Shown in pieces: positions 22,914 to 39,014 of a stretch of 64,000 nucleotides of DNA. The position numbers and the translations under genes were made by a program. How positions within the stretch are numbered: position 1 is the stretch's first letter; every line of letters begins with the position of its first letter. The notes under the pieces were generated by a model that saw only the letters and a program-made list of their open reading frames with translations, ran no database searches and had not been told where the DNA came from. The stretch is from Zygnema circumcarinatum SAG 698-1b (lineage: Eukaryota > Plantae > Zygnematophyceae), in contig CM074820.1 in assembly GCA_037447605.1 (NCBI GenBank), forward strand, positions 1,674,001-1,738,000, given 5' to 3'.

Positions 22914-25900
22914 TTATATTTCCGGCTCAACGTCGTCTGCAAATGCGCATTGCGATGCGGGAGTCGCATATTTGTGCGGGCCGCGATGTTCATAGCACCA
23001 ATTGTTCGAAAATTTGAAGGTTCGAGGGGCGAGGTTCGGGTCGTGGAGTTTTTCACAGACCTGCCCAGAAAGAAGAGGAGGGCCAGGATTGAAATATGTT
23101 TGTGGAGGAAGAAAATAAACTTATGGAGGGGGGGAACAAAAGGCTAAAGAAATTGTTATGGAAAACTTGAATCGGAGAAAAGGGAAGGGTGGGGTCGGAG
23201 GACAAGAGACAGAGAGGCGAGGGAGAGAGTGAGAGAGCGAGATGGGGAGAGAGAGAGAGGGGGGGAGAGAGGGAGAGAGAGTGAGAGGGAGAGAGAGAAA
23301 GAGGGGGAGAGAGGGAGAGTGAGAGAGAGGGAGAGAGAGAGGGAGAGAGAGAGGGAGAGAGAGAGAGAGAGGGAGAGAGAGAGAGAGAGGTCCTACCTTG
23401 CACCACGCATTGACAGAGTCTCCGGAGGCCATCTCAAAGGAAAATCGCATGTCTTCTCTGACGTCATATTTGAGAGTGAACCTCTTCTTCCACTCGAAGT
23501 GTGACGTGTACAAACTTTCGTTCCCGGCCACTTTGTGCAAATGCGCCGCGAGCTGCTTCGGCCCGGGGAAATCTCGAGCGTTGATGTAAGATCCTACGGC
23601 CAGGAAAAGGTTCACGGAATAAGAGAAAGGAAGAAAACTCAGTAACTCCTCCAGGTAGGAAAAAAAAAAAAAAAAAAAGCAATGGCGATCTCGGGCAGTC
23701 AAAAGAGAAAGGGAAGCAAGGTGTGATGTCACCAAAAAAACAACCATTTCCCTCCCTTACGATTGAAACAAACATACAAAACCCAAAAAGATTATAAACA
23801 ATTTAAAGGAATTTAATGGGAAATGGGAGTCCGCGGTTGAGGACCAACCAGGTGGCGCCACCTTGGCAATGTCGTTCTTTGTGAGTCCGTTCCGTACAAC
23901 GGGAACTGAATCATGCATAAGGCCGAGCTTCCAGAACTTCTCCGTCACGTAGTCGCGGCAGAGGGCGTTCTCAAAGGCGAGGATGAAGCGGTAGCGGTGG
24001 GAGAGGAGGTGGAAGAGCTGCCGGTCCGGGACCTGAGGGAGGGAGGGAGGGAGGGGGGGAGGGAGGGAGGGAGGAGGGAGAGAGGAGGGAGGAGAGAGAG
24101 GAGGGAGGAGAGAGGAGAGGAGGAGAGGGAGGGAGAGAGTGGGGACAGAGAGTGGAGGGAGGAGAGAGGAGAGGAGAGGGAGAGAGAGGAGGAGAGGGGG
24201 GGACAGAGAGAGGAGGGAGGGAGGAGGAGAGGGGGAGAGGAGGGAGAGAGGGGGGGACAGGGAGAGAGGAGGGGAGGAGAGAGGAGAGAGGGAGAGAGGA
24301 GGGAGAGAGAGGAGGGAGAGAGGGGCGGACAGAGAGAGTGGAGGGAGGAGAGGAGAGGGGGAGAGAGGAGGGAGAGAGGGGGGGACAGAGAGAGTGGAGG
24401 GGAGGAGAGAGGAGAGGGGGAGAGAGGAGGGAGAGAGGGGGGGACAGGGAGAGAGGAGGGGAGGAGAGAGGAGAGAGGGAGAGAGGAGGGAGAGAGAGGA
24501 GGGAGAGAGGGGCGGACAGAGAGAGTGGAGGGGAGGAGAGAGGAGAGGGGGAGAGAGGAGGGAGAGAGGAGGGGAGGAGAGAGGAGAGGGGGGGAGAGGA
24601 GGGAGAGAGGGGGTGACAGAGCGAGAGGAGGGGAGGAGAGAAGTAAGGGCGAGAGAGGAGGGCGAGAGGGCGTGACAGAGAGAGGAGGGAGAGAGGGGGC
24701 GACAGAGGGCGAGGAGGGATGGAAAGTGGAGAGGGGGAGGAAGCGGAAAGAGAGAGGAGGGTGAGAGATAGGAGAGGGAGAAAGGGGGAGAGAATGGATG
24801 GGGAGTAGGAAAGGGAGAGGGCGGATTAGGAATAGGGGAGGAGGGGAGACGACAGCGTGAGGGACGGGAAGAGGACGGAGAGAGGAGGGAGTGGGAAGAG
24901 AGTGGGAAAGCACAGTGCGAGAGGAAGGGAGAGAGGCAGTGAAGAGAGGGGGGCAAGGCGAGGAGGGAGGACGAGTTGAGACAGAAGGGAAAGGGAGGAG
25001 GTGGGGGAGGGGGCAAAGGAAAGGGAAGGAGAGGGAGTGGGAGAGAGGAAGCGAGAAAGGGAGAGGGAAAGGGAGAGGGTGGGGGAAGACAGACGAGGAA
25101 GACAGAGAAAAAGGGGGAGAGAGAGGAGGGAGAGAGAGGAGAGGAAGAGAGGAGAGGACGAGGGAGGAGAGAGAGGAGGGAGAGAGAGGAGAGGAAGAGA
25201 GGAGAGGACGAGGGAGGAGAGAGAGGAGGGAGAGAGAGGAGAGGAAGAGAGGAGAGGACGAGGGAGGAGAGAGAGGAGGGAGAGAGAGGAGAGGAAGAGA
25301 GGAGAGGACGAGGGAGGAGAGAGAGGAGGGAGAGAGAGGAGAGGACGAGAGGAGAGGACGAGGGAGGAGAGAGAGGAGGGAGAGAGAGGAGAGGAAGAGA
25401 GGAGAGGACGAGGGAGGAGAGAGAGGAGGGAGAGAGAGGAGAGGTAGAGAGAAGGTGGAGAATAAGCCAGACAGAGGAGAGAGAGAGGCAGCGAAGAGAG
25501 GGGGGAGGAGGGAGGAAAATCAGAGTCAGAGTGGGGAAAGGTGGAGAGGGGGGAGAGTGGATGGGGCGAAGGAGAGGTATGGGGAGGCAGAGGAGGGAGA
25601 GAGGGGAGAGAGAGAGGGAGAGGGAGAGGGAGGGAGAGGGGCCTACCCACGTCTCATTCTGCCCAATCACATCGACTTCAATGTACTTCTGAAGTTGCCG
25701 TACATATTCCGTTCTCCACGATTCAACCGTTCTTGTCTTATGTGAAATGAAAAGAACCATCTTCGTTTTCTGGGCAGCGAAACAAAAGGTAAAAAAAACG
25801 ATTCCGATGAAGAGAATCAGGATTTAAAACTCACGACGAGTTTCTGCAACTTCAAAAAATAAAAGAAACCTTCTCTTTTGTTCACGTCGCATGTTCATTC

Positions 25901-28753
25901 AAAGTTTATGGTTTTGATTGCCTTGTGCGTTTCTTTAGCCTTCATTCTCTCCCAGCCTCTCTCTCCCTCCTTGTCCAACTCCCTCCCTCTCCCACTATCC
26001 CTCCTACCCACTCTCCCTCCCCCCTAACTCCACCCAACCCCCCTTCCTCCCCTCCGCCCCTGCCTCCCCCCTTCCCCCCTCTCCCTTCCACCCTCGTTCC
26101 ACCCCTCCCCCTCTCACTCTCTCCGCCTCTGCCTGGCCCCTCCCCCTCCCTTCTTTCCCTCTCCGTCCCTCCCTCCCTCACTCCCCCTCCCTCTCCCTCC
26201 CCCTCCCTAACTCCCTCTCCCTCCCCCCTCCCCCTCGCTCTCCCTCCCCCCTCCTTCCCTCCCTTTCTCTCCCTCCCTCCCTCTCCCTCCNNNNNNNNNN
26301 CTCTCCCTCCCCTCACCCTCCGGAACGCCCTCTCGAATTGTCTCTCCCACTGCGCCTCCGGCTTTCTCAGCTCCGTCGGCGTCCGTACAGCCACTCCGTA
26401 CGGCCACCAAATGTCAGAGTTTAACTTGTAGCTCATGGTCCAATTAAAAAAATTGTCAAATCGAATTTTTGCATCTTCGCATTTTACGCTCTCCCATTCT
26501 TGACTCGAGGCAATCCAAACTTGACTCGGGTTTTGTCGTTTTGTGGGATAAACATCGGGAGGGTCTCTATCCGGAGGGTAATACACGAGGTGAAACCAAA
26601 CAGCGGCAGCTTCCGGGAACCTTCGTATGAGGGAAAAAACCCAGTTTGTTAGAGCCGGTTTTTTGGAAAGAAATTAAAAAAAAGTAGTTTGGGGTTCGGA
26701 TACTAGAATTAGAAGGATGAAGTTGGATGAAAACAAAAAAAAAAAAAAGGGAGAGGTAAGATTTACTTTTTTTTGTCGTTAGTCCATTCACAGTACGGAA
26801 CGCGGCAATGATTGAAATTGAATTTCGGATTGAAGGGGACCACCCCCGGGGTGTAATAACTGCTCCAAATTAAAATCAGTTTTTTCTGCTTCGGAGGCCA
26901 ATTATTTGGATCGAATTGGGGCAGTTCGGCTGCAAGCAAAATTTCAAAATTTCAGAATTTCAGAATTCCAAAATTCCATTCACTAGGAAAAAAAAAGTTG
27001 AAGTTTAAGTTGAGGGGTCCCAAAAAGTATTTTTGGACTTTCGATTTTTAGGGATTTCGCCATATTTTTAAGGTTAGAAAAGTTTGCAAGGTTGACTGCA
27101 TGACCTCTCGTATATTCCGCCACTCGCAATGTTGGGGGGTAGAATTTCAAATAAAAAACAGAAATGAAAAATAAAAAATAGGGTAGTAGATTGATTTTTG
27201 TTCAAACAAAAAAATATATATTTACCGGAATAGGACGTGACGTACTGTTGGCCGACAAAGTCCTCCGTCAAATGACGAACTGCTCTCCATCTCCAAATGG
27301 GGGGGAAAGAAGAGAGAGAGCGAGAGAGAGGGAGAGAGAGAGAGGGAGGGGGAGAGCGAGAGGGGGAGAGAGAGGNNNNNNNNNNCCTCCCTCTCCCTGC
27401 CCCCTCTCCCTCCCCTCACCCTCCGGAACGCCCTCTCGAATTGTCTCTCCCACTGCGCCTCCGGCTTTCTCAGCTCCGTCGGCGTCCGTACAGCCACTCC
27501 GTACGGCCACCAAATGTCAGAGTTTAACTTGTAGCTCATGGTCCAATTAAAAAAATTGTCAAATCGAATTTTTGCATCTTCGCATTTTACGCTCTCCCAT
27601 TCTTGACTCGAGGCAATCCAAACTTGACTCGGGTTTTGTCGTTTTGTGGGATAAACATCGGGAGGGTCTCTATCCGGAGGGTAATACACGAGGTGAAACC
27701 AAACAGCGGCAGCTTCCGGGAACCTTCGTATGAGGGAAAAAACCCAGTTTGTTAGAGCCGGTTTTTTGGAAAGAAATTAAAAAAAAAAAAGTAGTTTGGG
27801 GTTCGGATACTAGAATTAGAAGGATGAAGTTGGATGAAAACAAAAAAAAAAAAAAGGGAGAGGTAAGATTTACTTTTTTTTGTCGTTAGTCCATTCACAG
27901 TACGGAACGCGGCAATGATTGAAATTGAATTTCGGATTGAAGGGGACCACCCCCGGGGTGTAATAACTGCTCCAAATTAAAATCAGTTTTTTCTGCTTCG
28001 GAGGCCAATTATTTGGATCGAATTGGGGCAGTTCGGCTGCAAGCAAAATTTCAAAATTTCAGAATTTCAGAATTCCAAAATTCCATTCACTAGGAAAAAA
28101 AAAGTTGAAGTTTAAGTTGAGGGGTCCCAAAAAGTATTTTTGGACTTTCGATTTTTAGGGATTTCGCCATATTTTTAAGGTTAGAAAAGTTTGCAAGGTT
28201 GACTGCATGACCTCTCGTATATTCCGCCACTCGCAATGTTGGGGGGTAGAATTTCAAATAAAAAACAGAAATGAAAAATAAAAAATAGGGTAGTAGATTG
28301 ATTTTTGTTCAAACAAAAAAATATATATTTACCGGAATAGGACGTGACGTACTGTTGGCCGACAAAGTCCTCCGTCAAATGACGAACTGCTCTCCATCTC
28401 CAAATGGGGGGGAAAGAAGAGAGAGAGCGAGAGAGAGGGAGAGAGAGAGAGGGAGGGGGAGAGCGAGAGGGGGAGAGAGAGGGAGAGGGGGNNNNNNNNN
28501 NGGGGGGGGGGGGGGGTCGGGTAGAGACGGGGGAAAGGGCGAGAGAGGGAGAGAGGAAGGTAGAGAGGGAGCGAGGGAAAGATAGTGAGGTGAGAGGGAG
28601 AGAGAGAGAGAGGGAAAGAGGATGGGAGGGAGAAGGAATGGGAAGGGGAGGTGAAGGCTCACTTGCTATAACCACTATCAGAACGAACATCGCCCACAAA
28701 AGTGAAACAAATTTTGGAACTTTTCTCATCGAAGTGTGGCCCTTCGGATCCAT
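22914..28753 (-). CDS. Alpha-1,3/1,4-fucosyltransferase (GT10). Approximate exons 28753-28663, ~28400-28335, 27723-27420 (duplicated at 26620-26317), 25769-25647, 24032-23849, 23593-23397, 23060-22914
   Basis: N-terminal TM segment (FVSLLWAMFVLIVVIA); AAAVWFH; FNWTMSYKLNSDIWWPYG; GT10 motif YRFILAFENALCRDYVTEKFW; VAPPGSYINARDF; WCKVCEKLH. The exon 2 phase is not resolved because of gaps. Confidence 0.88.
26301..28491. repeat. ~1.1-kb tandem duplicate covering two exons of the fucosyltransferase gene, with gaps at all boundaries
   Basis: 26301-27375 and 27386-28491 look identical by eye apart from homopolymer lengths and a few terminal bases. Confidence 0.85.
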
Positions 28754-28884
28754 GTCTCGCCGTTACATGCAACGGAACGGACCTCAAGGCTGCATGTGAC
28801 GATGGAAACAAATCAGGAAACACATTTGCGCTTCGTATATTTAAAATCTTTCATTTAGAACATGGATGAACATTGCAACTTTAG

Positions 28885-29095
28885 GACTGGGGTGTAGGGT
28901 TTAAGGCGAAGGTACGAGATTATGGTTAGGGTTAGAGTGTTGGGGTTTAGGGCGAAAGTACGCGATTAGGGTTAGGGGTTAGGGTTAGGGTTCAGGTTTA
29001 GGGCGAAGGTACGAGATTAGGGTTAGGGTTAGGGTAAGGGTTAGGGTTAGGGTTAGGGTTTAAGGGTTAGGGCGAAGGTAAGGTGCAGGGTTTAA
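28885..29095 (+). repeat. Telomere-like (TTAGGG)n array with a composite unit TTAGGGCGAAGGTACGAGATTAGGG
   Basis: About 4 copies of the GGCGAAGGTA spacer embedded in TTAGGG repeats, read directly. Confidence 0.85.
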
Positions 29096-29993
29096 GGGCG
29101 GTTCTTAACATATCGCATTCCCGCCATCGTATCGGCTGTGACCGACAGAAACAGGCGGCGAAGGCGATATTGCGTGGGGTCGACCCGCCGGCCGGCGCGA
29201 CCCAGACGGCAAGCTTAAAAGGCGGTAAAGTCTGTCGGCCAGACCCAATACGACGGCGATATTCCGATATATTGAGATCTTGCTCGCGAACGACAAGATG
29301 GCTGTAATAGGGTCACCACCCAAGCTCCAACCGTACATTTTTCAGTGGCTACTGATTGGTTGGGAAGGTTGTGCTGACGTTTGCAATGTGGAAAGAGGGT
29401 CCTGCCTTGTGCCGATAGCGGAATGTAAGCTTTTAGTAGCTTCGCAGAAGCTTCCTATGTCTCCCACTAGAGTGTGCCAAAAATGGAGATTTTTGAGGGC
29501 ATCTGCCGGACTCTCACTTGTCAAAAGTAGACTGAATGACCCAATAGTCAAGCGCCACGTGTAAACAATCGTCCTCTGATTGGACCTGAGCCTGACAGTG
29601 CCTGACACGTGACCAGGTAAGCCAATCAGGTGACACTCCACCGACATTCTCTCCTAGGAAATACGATTTTTTTTTTTTTTTTTTTTTTCTGCCCTATACC
29701 AATCACTGCTTTCCTTTTGGCTGCCCGTCTCCTTTTGGCATTTTGCATCTGCCCGCGTACAACTTGTCGTTTGCCCGCCCGACAGAACCGTACACAAATG
29801 TACCAGATTCGTACTGTTCGTACTGTAGTTTGTCGTAATCTGGCTGTCGAGCAGCCTCTGGCTCGCTCCCCTCCCAGTCCCATCATTCCACCCTTCCCTC
29901 TCCCCCCTCTCGCTCCCTCTCACCTCAAATCCCTCTCGTGTCTCTCCCACTCGCTCTCCCGTCTCTCTCTCTCTCTCTCTCTCACTTTCCGCC

Positions 29994-32869
<2,876 letters not shown>

Positions 32870-34522
32870 TTAGCGCGCTAGGGCGGGCGGATAGGGACAC
32901 GCGGGAAGCGTTAGCGCTGGGAATAAATTAAACTTGAGCGAGGGGAGGGTTGAATGTGCTCCTAATCGACGATTCAGGAACTAAAGCCACACTGCTGTTG
33001 CTAGATGTGGGATTTTGGTGCAACGGATTTTCTGCGCGTTTCCGCGCAAAAGCGTTCATAGAACTGCTGTGAAGAACGGAATGGAGAGAACATAACATCA
33101 TGACGAGCAGTTCTATGTACTTCGAGCTGGACCTCCGTAATGGCATGTTTGAATTTGGACCTGGACTCCATCGCTTTTTGTCGATTCTGTGTGGGAGGGA
33201 GAGGGAGAGGGAGAGGTAGAGGGAGAGGGAGAGGGAGAGGTAGAGGGAGAGGGAGAGGGAGTGGGAGAGGGAGTGGGAGAGGCAGAGCGACAGCGAGAGA
33301 GATGGAGAGGGAGAGAGAGGAGTGGGAGTGGCAGAGCCAGTGCGAGAGGGAGAGGGAGAGGGAGAGGGAGTGGGAGAGGGAGAGGGAGAGGAAGAGGGAG
33401 AGGGAGAGGGAGAGTGCTAGGGAGAGGGAGAGGGAGAGGGAGAGGGAGAGGGCGAGGGAGAGGGAGAGGGAGAGGGAGTGGGAGAGGCAGAGCGACAGCG
33501 AGAGAGATGGAGAGGGAGAGGGAGGAGTGGGAGTGGCAGAGCGAGTGCGAGATGGAGAGGGAGGGAAATTGGGTATCGAGAGATGGAGAGGGAGCAGCGT
33601 CCATGCGCTGGCGGAGAATTCGGTTAGTTTTTTCCGTGCAAACACTTGCCAATGGCTGCTGGCCACGTGTCCTGATTGCTGAGGTGGCACGTCGCCATTG
33701 GACGATGCTGCACGTTCCCCGTGGATGCGGCAGATCCATCGTTGACTGTTTGTACAGTGCCACGTGGCGCCTCCGCGAGGGGACGACGACGTGGCGCCAT
33801 CGTGGCGCTGACGTGGCAAGCGCAGTAGGGGACTCGGTTCCACAAAAAAAAATGTTATCTGCACAGCTCTCCGGTATCGAATTCGGAATATCGGGATACG
33901 GGAACGGCGCAGGGAGGATTACTGCGAGATAGTATCTTGATATCTCGATATATCTCGATACTGAAATTTATATCGAAATCCGCGATACGCGAATAATGAG
34001 CAGAGGTTTGCTGCTCGAGTTCTATGACGATACGATACATTGGAATACATACGATACGATATTTGGCTATATTTTTGATACTCTCCAATCGCAACCCCTT
34101 ATTTTTCTCTCAAGACAAAATGAACGAAATCTCCAAAAGGGGAAAGCGCGAAAGCGAATATTTACTTCTCATTTTCAGAAATCGACGGCTGAAAGGCCAA
34201 GGACGAAATTCAACGGAAATAATATTTGAACTGTGACAACATTTTGCACATGGAACCGCGTGACCATTGCTCGCCATTGACTCTTCATTCGCCGCAAAGA
34301 AAGGACGTTATTTCCAGCCGCAAAAGAATTGAAAATATTCACATCTTTCTATGCTGACCGAAAGCTAAAAAAAAGAAAAAATCGACTTCTGCTTCTAGAC
34401 AAACCTACCCGAAACCTTTTACTCTGACCGAACTTCCAACTTGCCCTTTGAATCAAAAAAAAAAAAAAAAATTTAGCAATCACATTTTATAGCAAAAAAG
34501 ATTTTAATCAATTTCGTGCCTC

Positions 34523-37500
34523 CTACTCCTTCCCACCCTCTCCATGCGTTCCAGTTCCCGTTCCAGTTCCAGTTCCTATTCTCGTTTCTATGTTCATTTC
34601 AGTTCCCCTCTCCGTTCCCGTTCCCATGCCGTTCCCAGTTCCAGTTCCAGCTCCACTTTCAGTTTCCGTTCCACTTCCAGTACCAGTTCCAGTTTCCGTT
34701 GCGGTTCCCGTTGCGGTTCCCGTTGCGGTTCCCGTTGCGGTTCCCGTTTCCGTCACCGCCGTCAACAGCGCCTGGAACTGTACGGCCAAACTGCGGTACA
34801 TGGAACCGTCAAGGTACATTTTTTTGACCCTGCCCCTGCCCCGCGCCCCCATCCTTCGGCCCATTTTGGCGTTGCTTTGCAGCTGCCGCAAATGTTCCAT
34901 GAGCGGCAAAATTCCTTTTTTTCCGACCGGATGCAAAAAACCCGTCAGACCCGGAAGGACTATTTCCGCTGTGCCTCCAACATCCGTACCCAAAACCTGC
35001 TCAGAAAAAAAAAAAAAAATTTAAATACATTAAAACGGGATGGAAAAGAAAGACAGTCGCAGAAAGTATGTTAAGGAAAAAAATATTTTTTGGCCTCGAC
35101 TTTAGAAAGGTTTAATGAAAGGGTTTAAGGGCAAATTTTAAGGGGGAAAAAAAATTTGATGGGATTCGGCTTACAGGGAGTCCAAAGGCCATCGCTTCGA
35201 CTGTGACACGACCGAAAGTTTCTCCAATGCCCTGCCCCCAAAACACGGGCAGCCCGGAAAAATAAATAAGCCCTCCAACTTTCCACTTCTTTTCTCAACA
35301 GGCTACTTTAGCAAGCGTTATTTTTTACGCATTTAAAATTGCAAAATGATTCGATTTAAAAAAATAACATTATTGTCCCCTCCTAATTTCCTCACCTGAG
35401 CATTCATAATATAAGCATCTGCCGCCGCGTAAATTGGAGAAACCCTAAAAGTCGAATTTACCCACATCACCGAATTCGCAAATTTTGCGTATTTTGACGA
35501 AATCAGAGAATGGATCCGTTCCAGATATTCCAATTTGTTGCTTTTTGAATTCATCGAACCGACCAATAGCTTTATTTTATTCCACCGAAAATTTTCCGTC
35601 TCCGTACTTCCAAAATCTCCCCCTCCTCCTCCTCCTCCTCCTCCTCCTCCTATACTCAATTCACTCTCTTTGTCTTTTTCTAATTTCAATTCAGCCCCTT
35701 CCTCTGCTTGCAACTTCCGCCTCCCAAAAATTTTCTCCTGCCCGACCGCCCAAGTCTTATTATTTTCTGCCTCTTCCGATACCATTTTCAGTACTGCCTC
35801 AATAGCGAAAATTTGTCCTTTACTTGGAGTCACCGAACTTAGAATCAGTACAAGCATCTCGTCGTCTCCTAACCCCATTTTTCCCCTCGCAATTTTGCGC
35901 ATTTCTCGTCGAAAAAATTCCGCCTGTTCCATGTCCCGTTCCGTCATCAGTTCCGCTAAACCCGTGATCCGTGCCAGATCTTCCGCTAAAGATAACGGAA
36001 CTACGGAAATCCGTTCCGGCATGGAAGCGTTTTCCTCCTTGCCCCACTGCCGCCACGTGGCGGCCTGTGATTGGCTGATGTAGATAAGGCTGCCCACTTT
36101 GGCCATTTCCGGCTTCGCGAGTTCGAAATATTCGCGGCGGTTTTCCATGAGCCACCAAAGGACGCGCTGAGACCGCTCCGGGAAATTCAGCTCGTATTGG
36201 GCTGCACAGGGTTTAGGGTTTTAGCGCTTCCCGTTTTAGGGTTTAGGGTTTAGGGTTTAGGGTTTAAGGTTTAGGGTTGAGGTTTTTAGGGTTTTAGCGC
36301 TCCCGTTTTAGGGTTTAGGGTTTAGGGTTTAAGGATTAGGGTTTAGGGTTTGGGGTTTAGGATTTTAGCGCTTTCGTTTAGGGGTTTAGGGTTTAGGGTT
36401 TAGGGTTTAGGGTTTTAGCGCTTCCATTTTGGGGTTTAGGGTTTTAGCGCTCCCGTTTTCGGACTTAGGGTTGTAGCGCCACTGGTTTAGGTTTTAGGGT
36501 TTTAGCGCCACCGATCTATGGATCAGGGTATAGGGTTTTAGCGCTCCCGTTGTAGGGTTTAGGGATATAGCGCCGATGTTTTAGGTTTAAGGGTTTTAGT
36601 GCCGCCGTTCTAGGGTTTCAGGTTTAGGGTTTAGGGTTTTAGCGCTCCTGTTTTAGAGTTGTAACGTTTTAGGGGCGGGTTTTAGGGTTAAGGGTGGGTG
36701 GTACGGGGTACGATAGTAGGGTGTAGGGTCAGGTTTAGGGTTTTAGGGTTTTAGGGTTTAGGGTTTAGGGTTTTAGGGGTTAGGCGTTAGGGGTTAGGGT
36801 TTAGGGTTTAGGGTTTAGGGTTGAGGGTTTAGGGTTTCGTGTTTCAGTGTTTTAGGGGAATGCATGTATGCATTGGGGTTTTGAATTTTGGGTTTCTGGT
36901 TTTTGGGGGGTTTGGGTTATATGTCTCTGGGTTTGAGGTTTTATTGTTTTGGGGTCTTAAGGTTTTGTTGACCAAAACAAATAAACACTAAAGACCTAAA
37001 CCCTACACCCAAACTCCTTAAACCCTGCATCTTACACCTTAAACCATTAACCGTAGACCCTAACGCTTGACTCTTAACCATTAACCCTAAACCCTCGATC
37101 CTAAACCGTAAACCCGAATCCGAACCTTGAACTCTACACCCTGAACCCTAAACACTGAACCCTAGACCCGAAACCTTAAACCCTACATCCTACACCCTAG
37201 ACCCTAGACCCTAAGCCCTAAGCCCTAAACTCTAAACCCTGAACCCTAAACTCTAGATCCTAAACCCTAAACCCTGAACCCTACCCTATACCCTATATCC
37301 CAAACCCTAGATCCTAAACCCTACACCCTAGACCCTAAACCCGAAACCCTAAACCCTAGATCCTAAACCTTAGATCCTGAACCCTGAACCCTGAACCCTA
37401 AACCCTAACCCATGGATCCTAAACCTTAGATCTTGAACCTTGAACCCTGAACCTAAACCCTGAACCCTACACCCTGAACCCTGAACCCTACGCTAGATCC

Positions 37501-39014
37501 TAAACCCTAGATCCGAAACCCCAAACCCTAAACCCTAAGCCCTAATCCCTAAACCCTAGATCCTAAACCTTAGATCCTGAACCCTGAACCTTGAACCCTG
37601 AACCCTAAACCCTAGCCCCTAGATCCTAGACCTTAGATCCTGAACCTTGAACCCTGAACCTAAACCCTAGATCCGAAACCCTAAACCCTAAACCCTAAGC
37701 CCTAACCCTAAACCCTAGATCCTAAACCTTAGATCCTGAACCCTGAACCTTGAACCCTGAACCCTTAACCCTAGCCCCTAGATCCTAACCCTTAGATCCT
37801 GAACCTTGAACCCTGAACCTAAACCCTGAACCCTGCACCCTGAACCCTGAATACTAAACCCTGAACCCTGAACCCTACGTTAGATCCTAGACCCTAGATC
37901 CGAAACCCTAAACGCTAAACCCTAAGCCCTAAACCCTAAACCCTAGATCCTAAACCTTAGATCCTGAACCCTGAACCTTGAACCCTGAACCCTAAACCCT
38001 AGCCCCTAGATCCTAAACCTTAGATACTGAACCTTGAACCCTGAACCTAAACCCTGAACCCTAACCCTGAACCCTGAACCCTAAACCCTAAACCCTGAAT
38101 CCTGAACCCTGAACCCTACCAATCCACGAGGAGCAAGCTGCCGACCCCGCCACCACAAAGTCTGCCGCCGCCGCCGCCTCCCACGTCTCCTTCCCCTTTC
38201 CGGGACTCACACGGATTCCATGTCGCGCCAGTTCCGTTAACAAACCCCCCTTCCTGTTCAACAGAACGGCCGTCACATTCGCTCCGCAGCCCTGCAGTTC
38301 CCCCGCTAGTTCCGTTACGGCCAACGGAGCTCCAGTTAGCGAAGCTTCATGCATCACCACTACCACCGTCTTTCCGTTCACTACTTCGCTGAAAATTCCC
38401 GGCTTCCGACAATCTTTCGCAAATGTACCTCCCCCAAATGCTCGCTCTCTCTCACCCTCCCTCCCTCCCTCTCCCACTCCACCCCCTCCCACTCCCACTC
38501 CCTCTCCCCTTCCCCCTCCCTCTCCACCTCCCTCTCCCCCTCCCTCTCCCGCTCCCTCCTCCCCTCTCCCTCCCTCTCCCTCTCCCTCTCCCTTCCCCGC
38601 ACTCCTACGCACAGCCGCCCACGCCTCCACCTCCACATCATCTAATGGGGCGATCCATGTCCCCAAATCCGACCCGTAAAACGGATTTCCGTTCTTCAGC
38701 GCAGCGAACGCCCCCCGTACGGAGGTGCTGCCATGGAAGCGGAAGAAGCCATGGAAGGAGTAGAGGATGAGGAGAGCGGTCGCCAAGTACCCCATGGGAG
38801 GCAGGAGGGGCGTCACCCACGTGCGAAGGAAGCCATGGCTGCGCCTGCGAAGGCTTCGGCCATGGCGGCTCTGCTCTCCCCCTCCCCCTCCTCCTCCTCC
38901 CCCTCCCCCTCCTCCTCCCCCTCCTCCTCCTCCTCCTCCTCCTCCTCCTCCTCCTCCTCCTCCTCCTCCTCCTCCTTCCCCGCGCGTGCGAGCGGAGGCT
39001 CTCGCAGCGCGCAT
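34523..39014 (-). CDS. GT4 (Glycos_transf_1) glycosyltransferase of the plant At1g52420/At3g15940 type. Exons 39014-38120, 36201-35396, 35231-35175, 34996-34523
   Basis: HEASLTGAPLA..ELA.EL..CGA; AGSAACSSWI|AQY...VLWWLMENRREYF; YAAADAYIMNAQ|GIGETFGRVTVEAMAFGLP|VLGTDVGGT. The exons sum to 2232 nt in frame, with an N-terminal poly-Gly run followed by a TM segment. Confidence 0.9.
36209..38117. repeat. Head-to-head telomere-like arrays filling GT4 intron 1: (TTTAGGG)n at ~36209-36830, then (CCCTAAA/CCCTGAA/CCCTAGA)n at ~37000-38117
   Basis: Read directly. The G-rich block has a TTTTAGCGC spacer unit, and the C-rich block has a higher-order repeat containing CCCTAGATCCTAAACCTTAGATCCTGAA. Confidence 0.9.

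Noticed and set aside
26301-28491. Apparent tandem exon duplication (possible mutually exclusive exons) in the fucosyltransferase
   Set aside because: The copies differ only in homopolymer lengths and are bounded by 10-n gaps on every side, so a scaffolding duplication is much more likely. Read depth or long reads would settle it.
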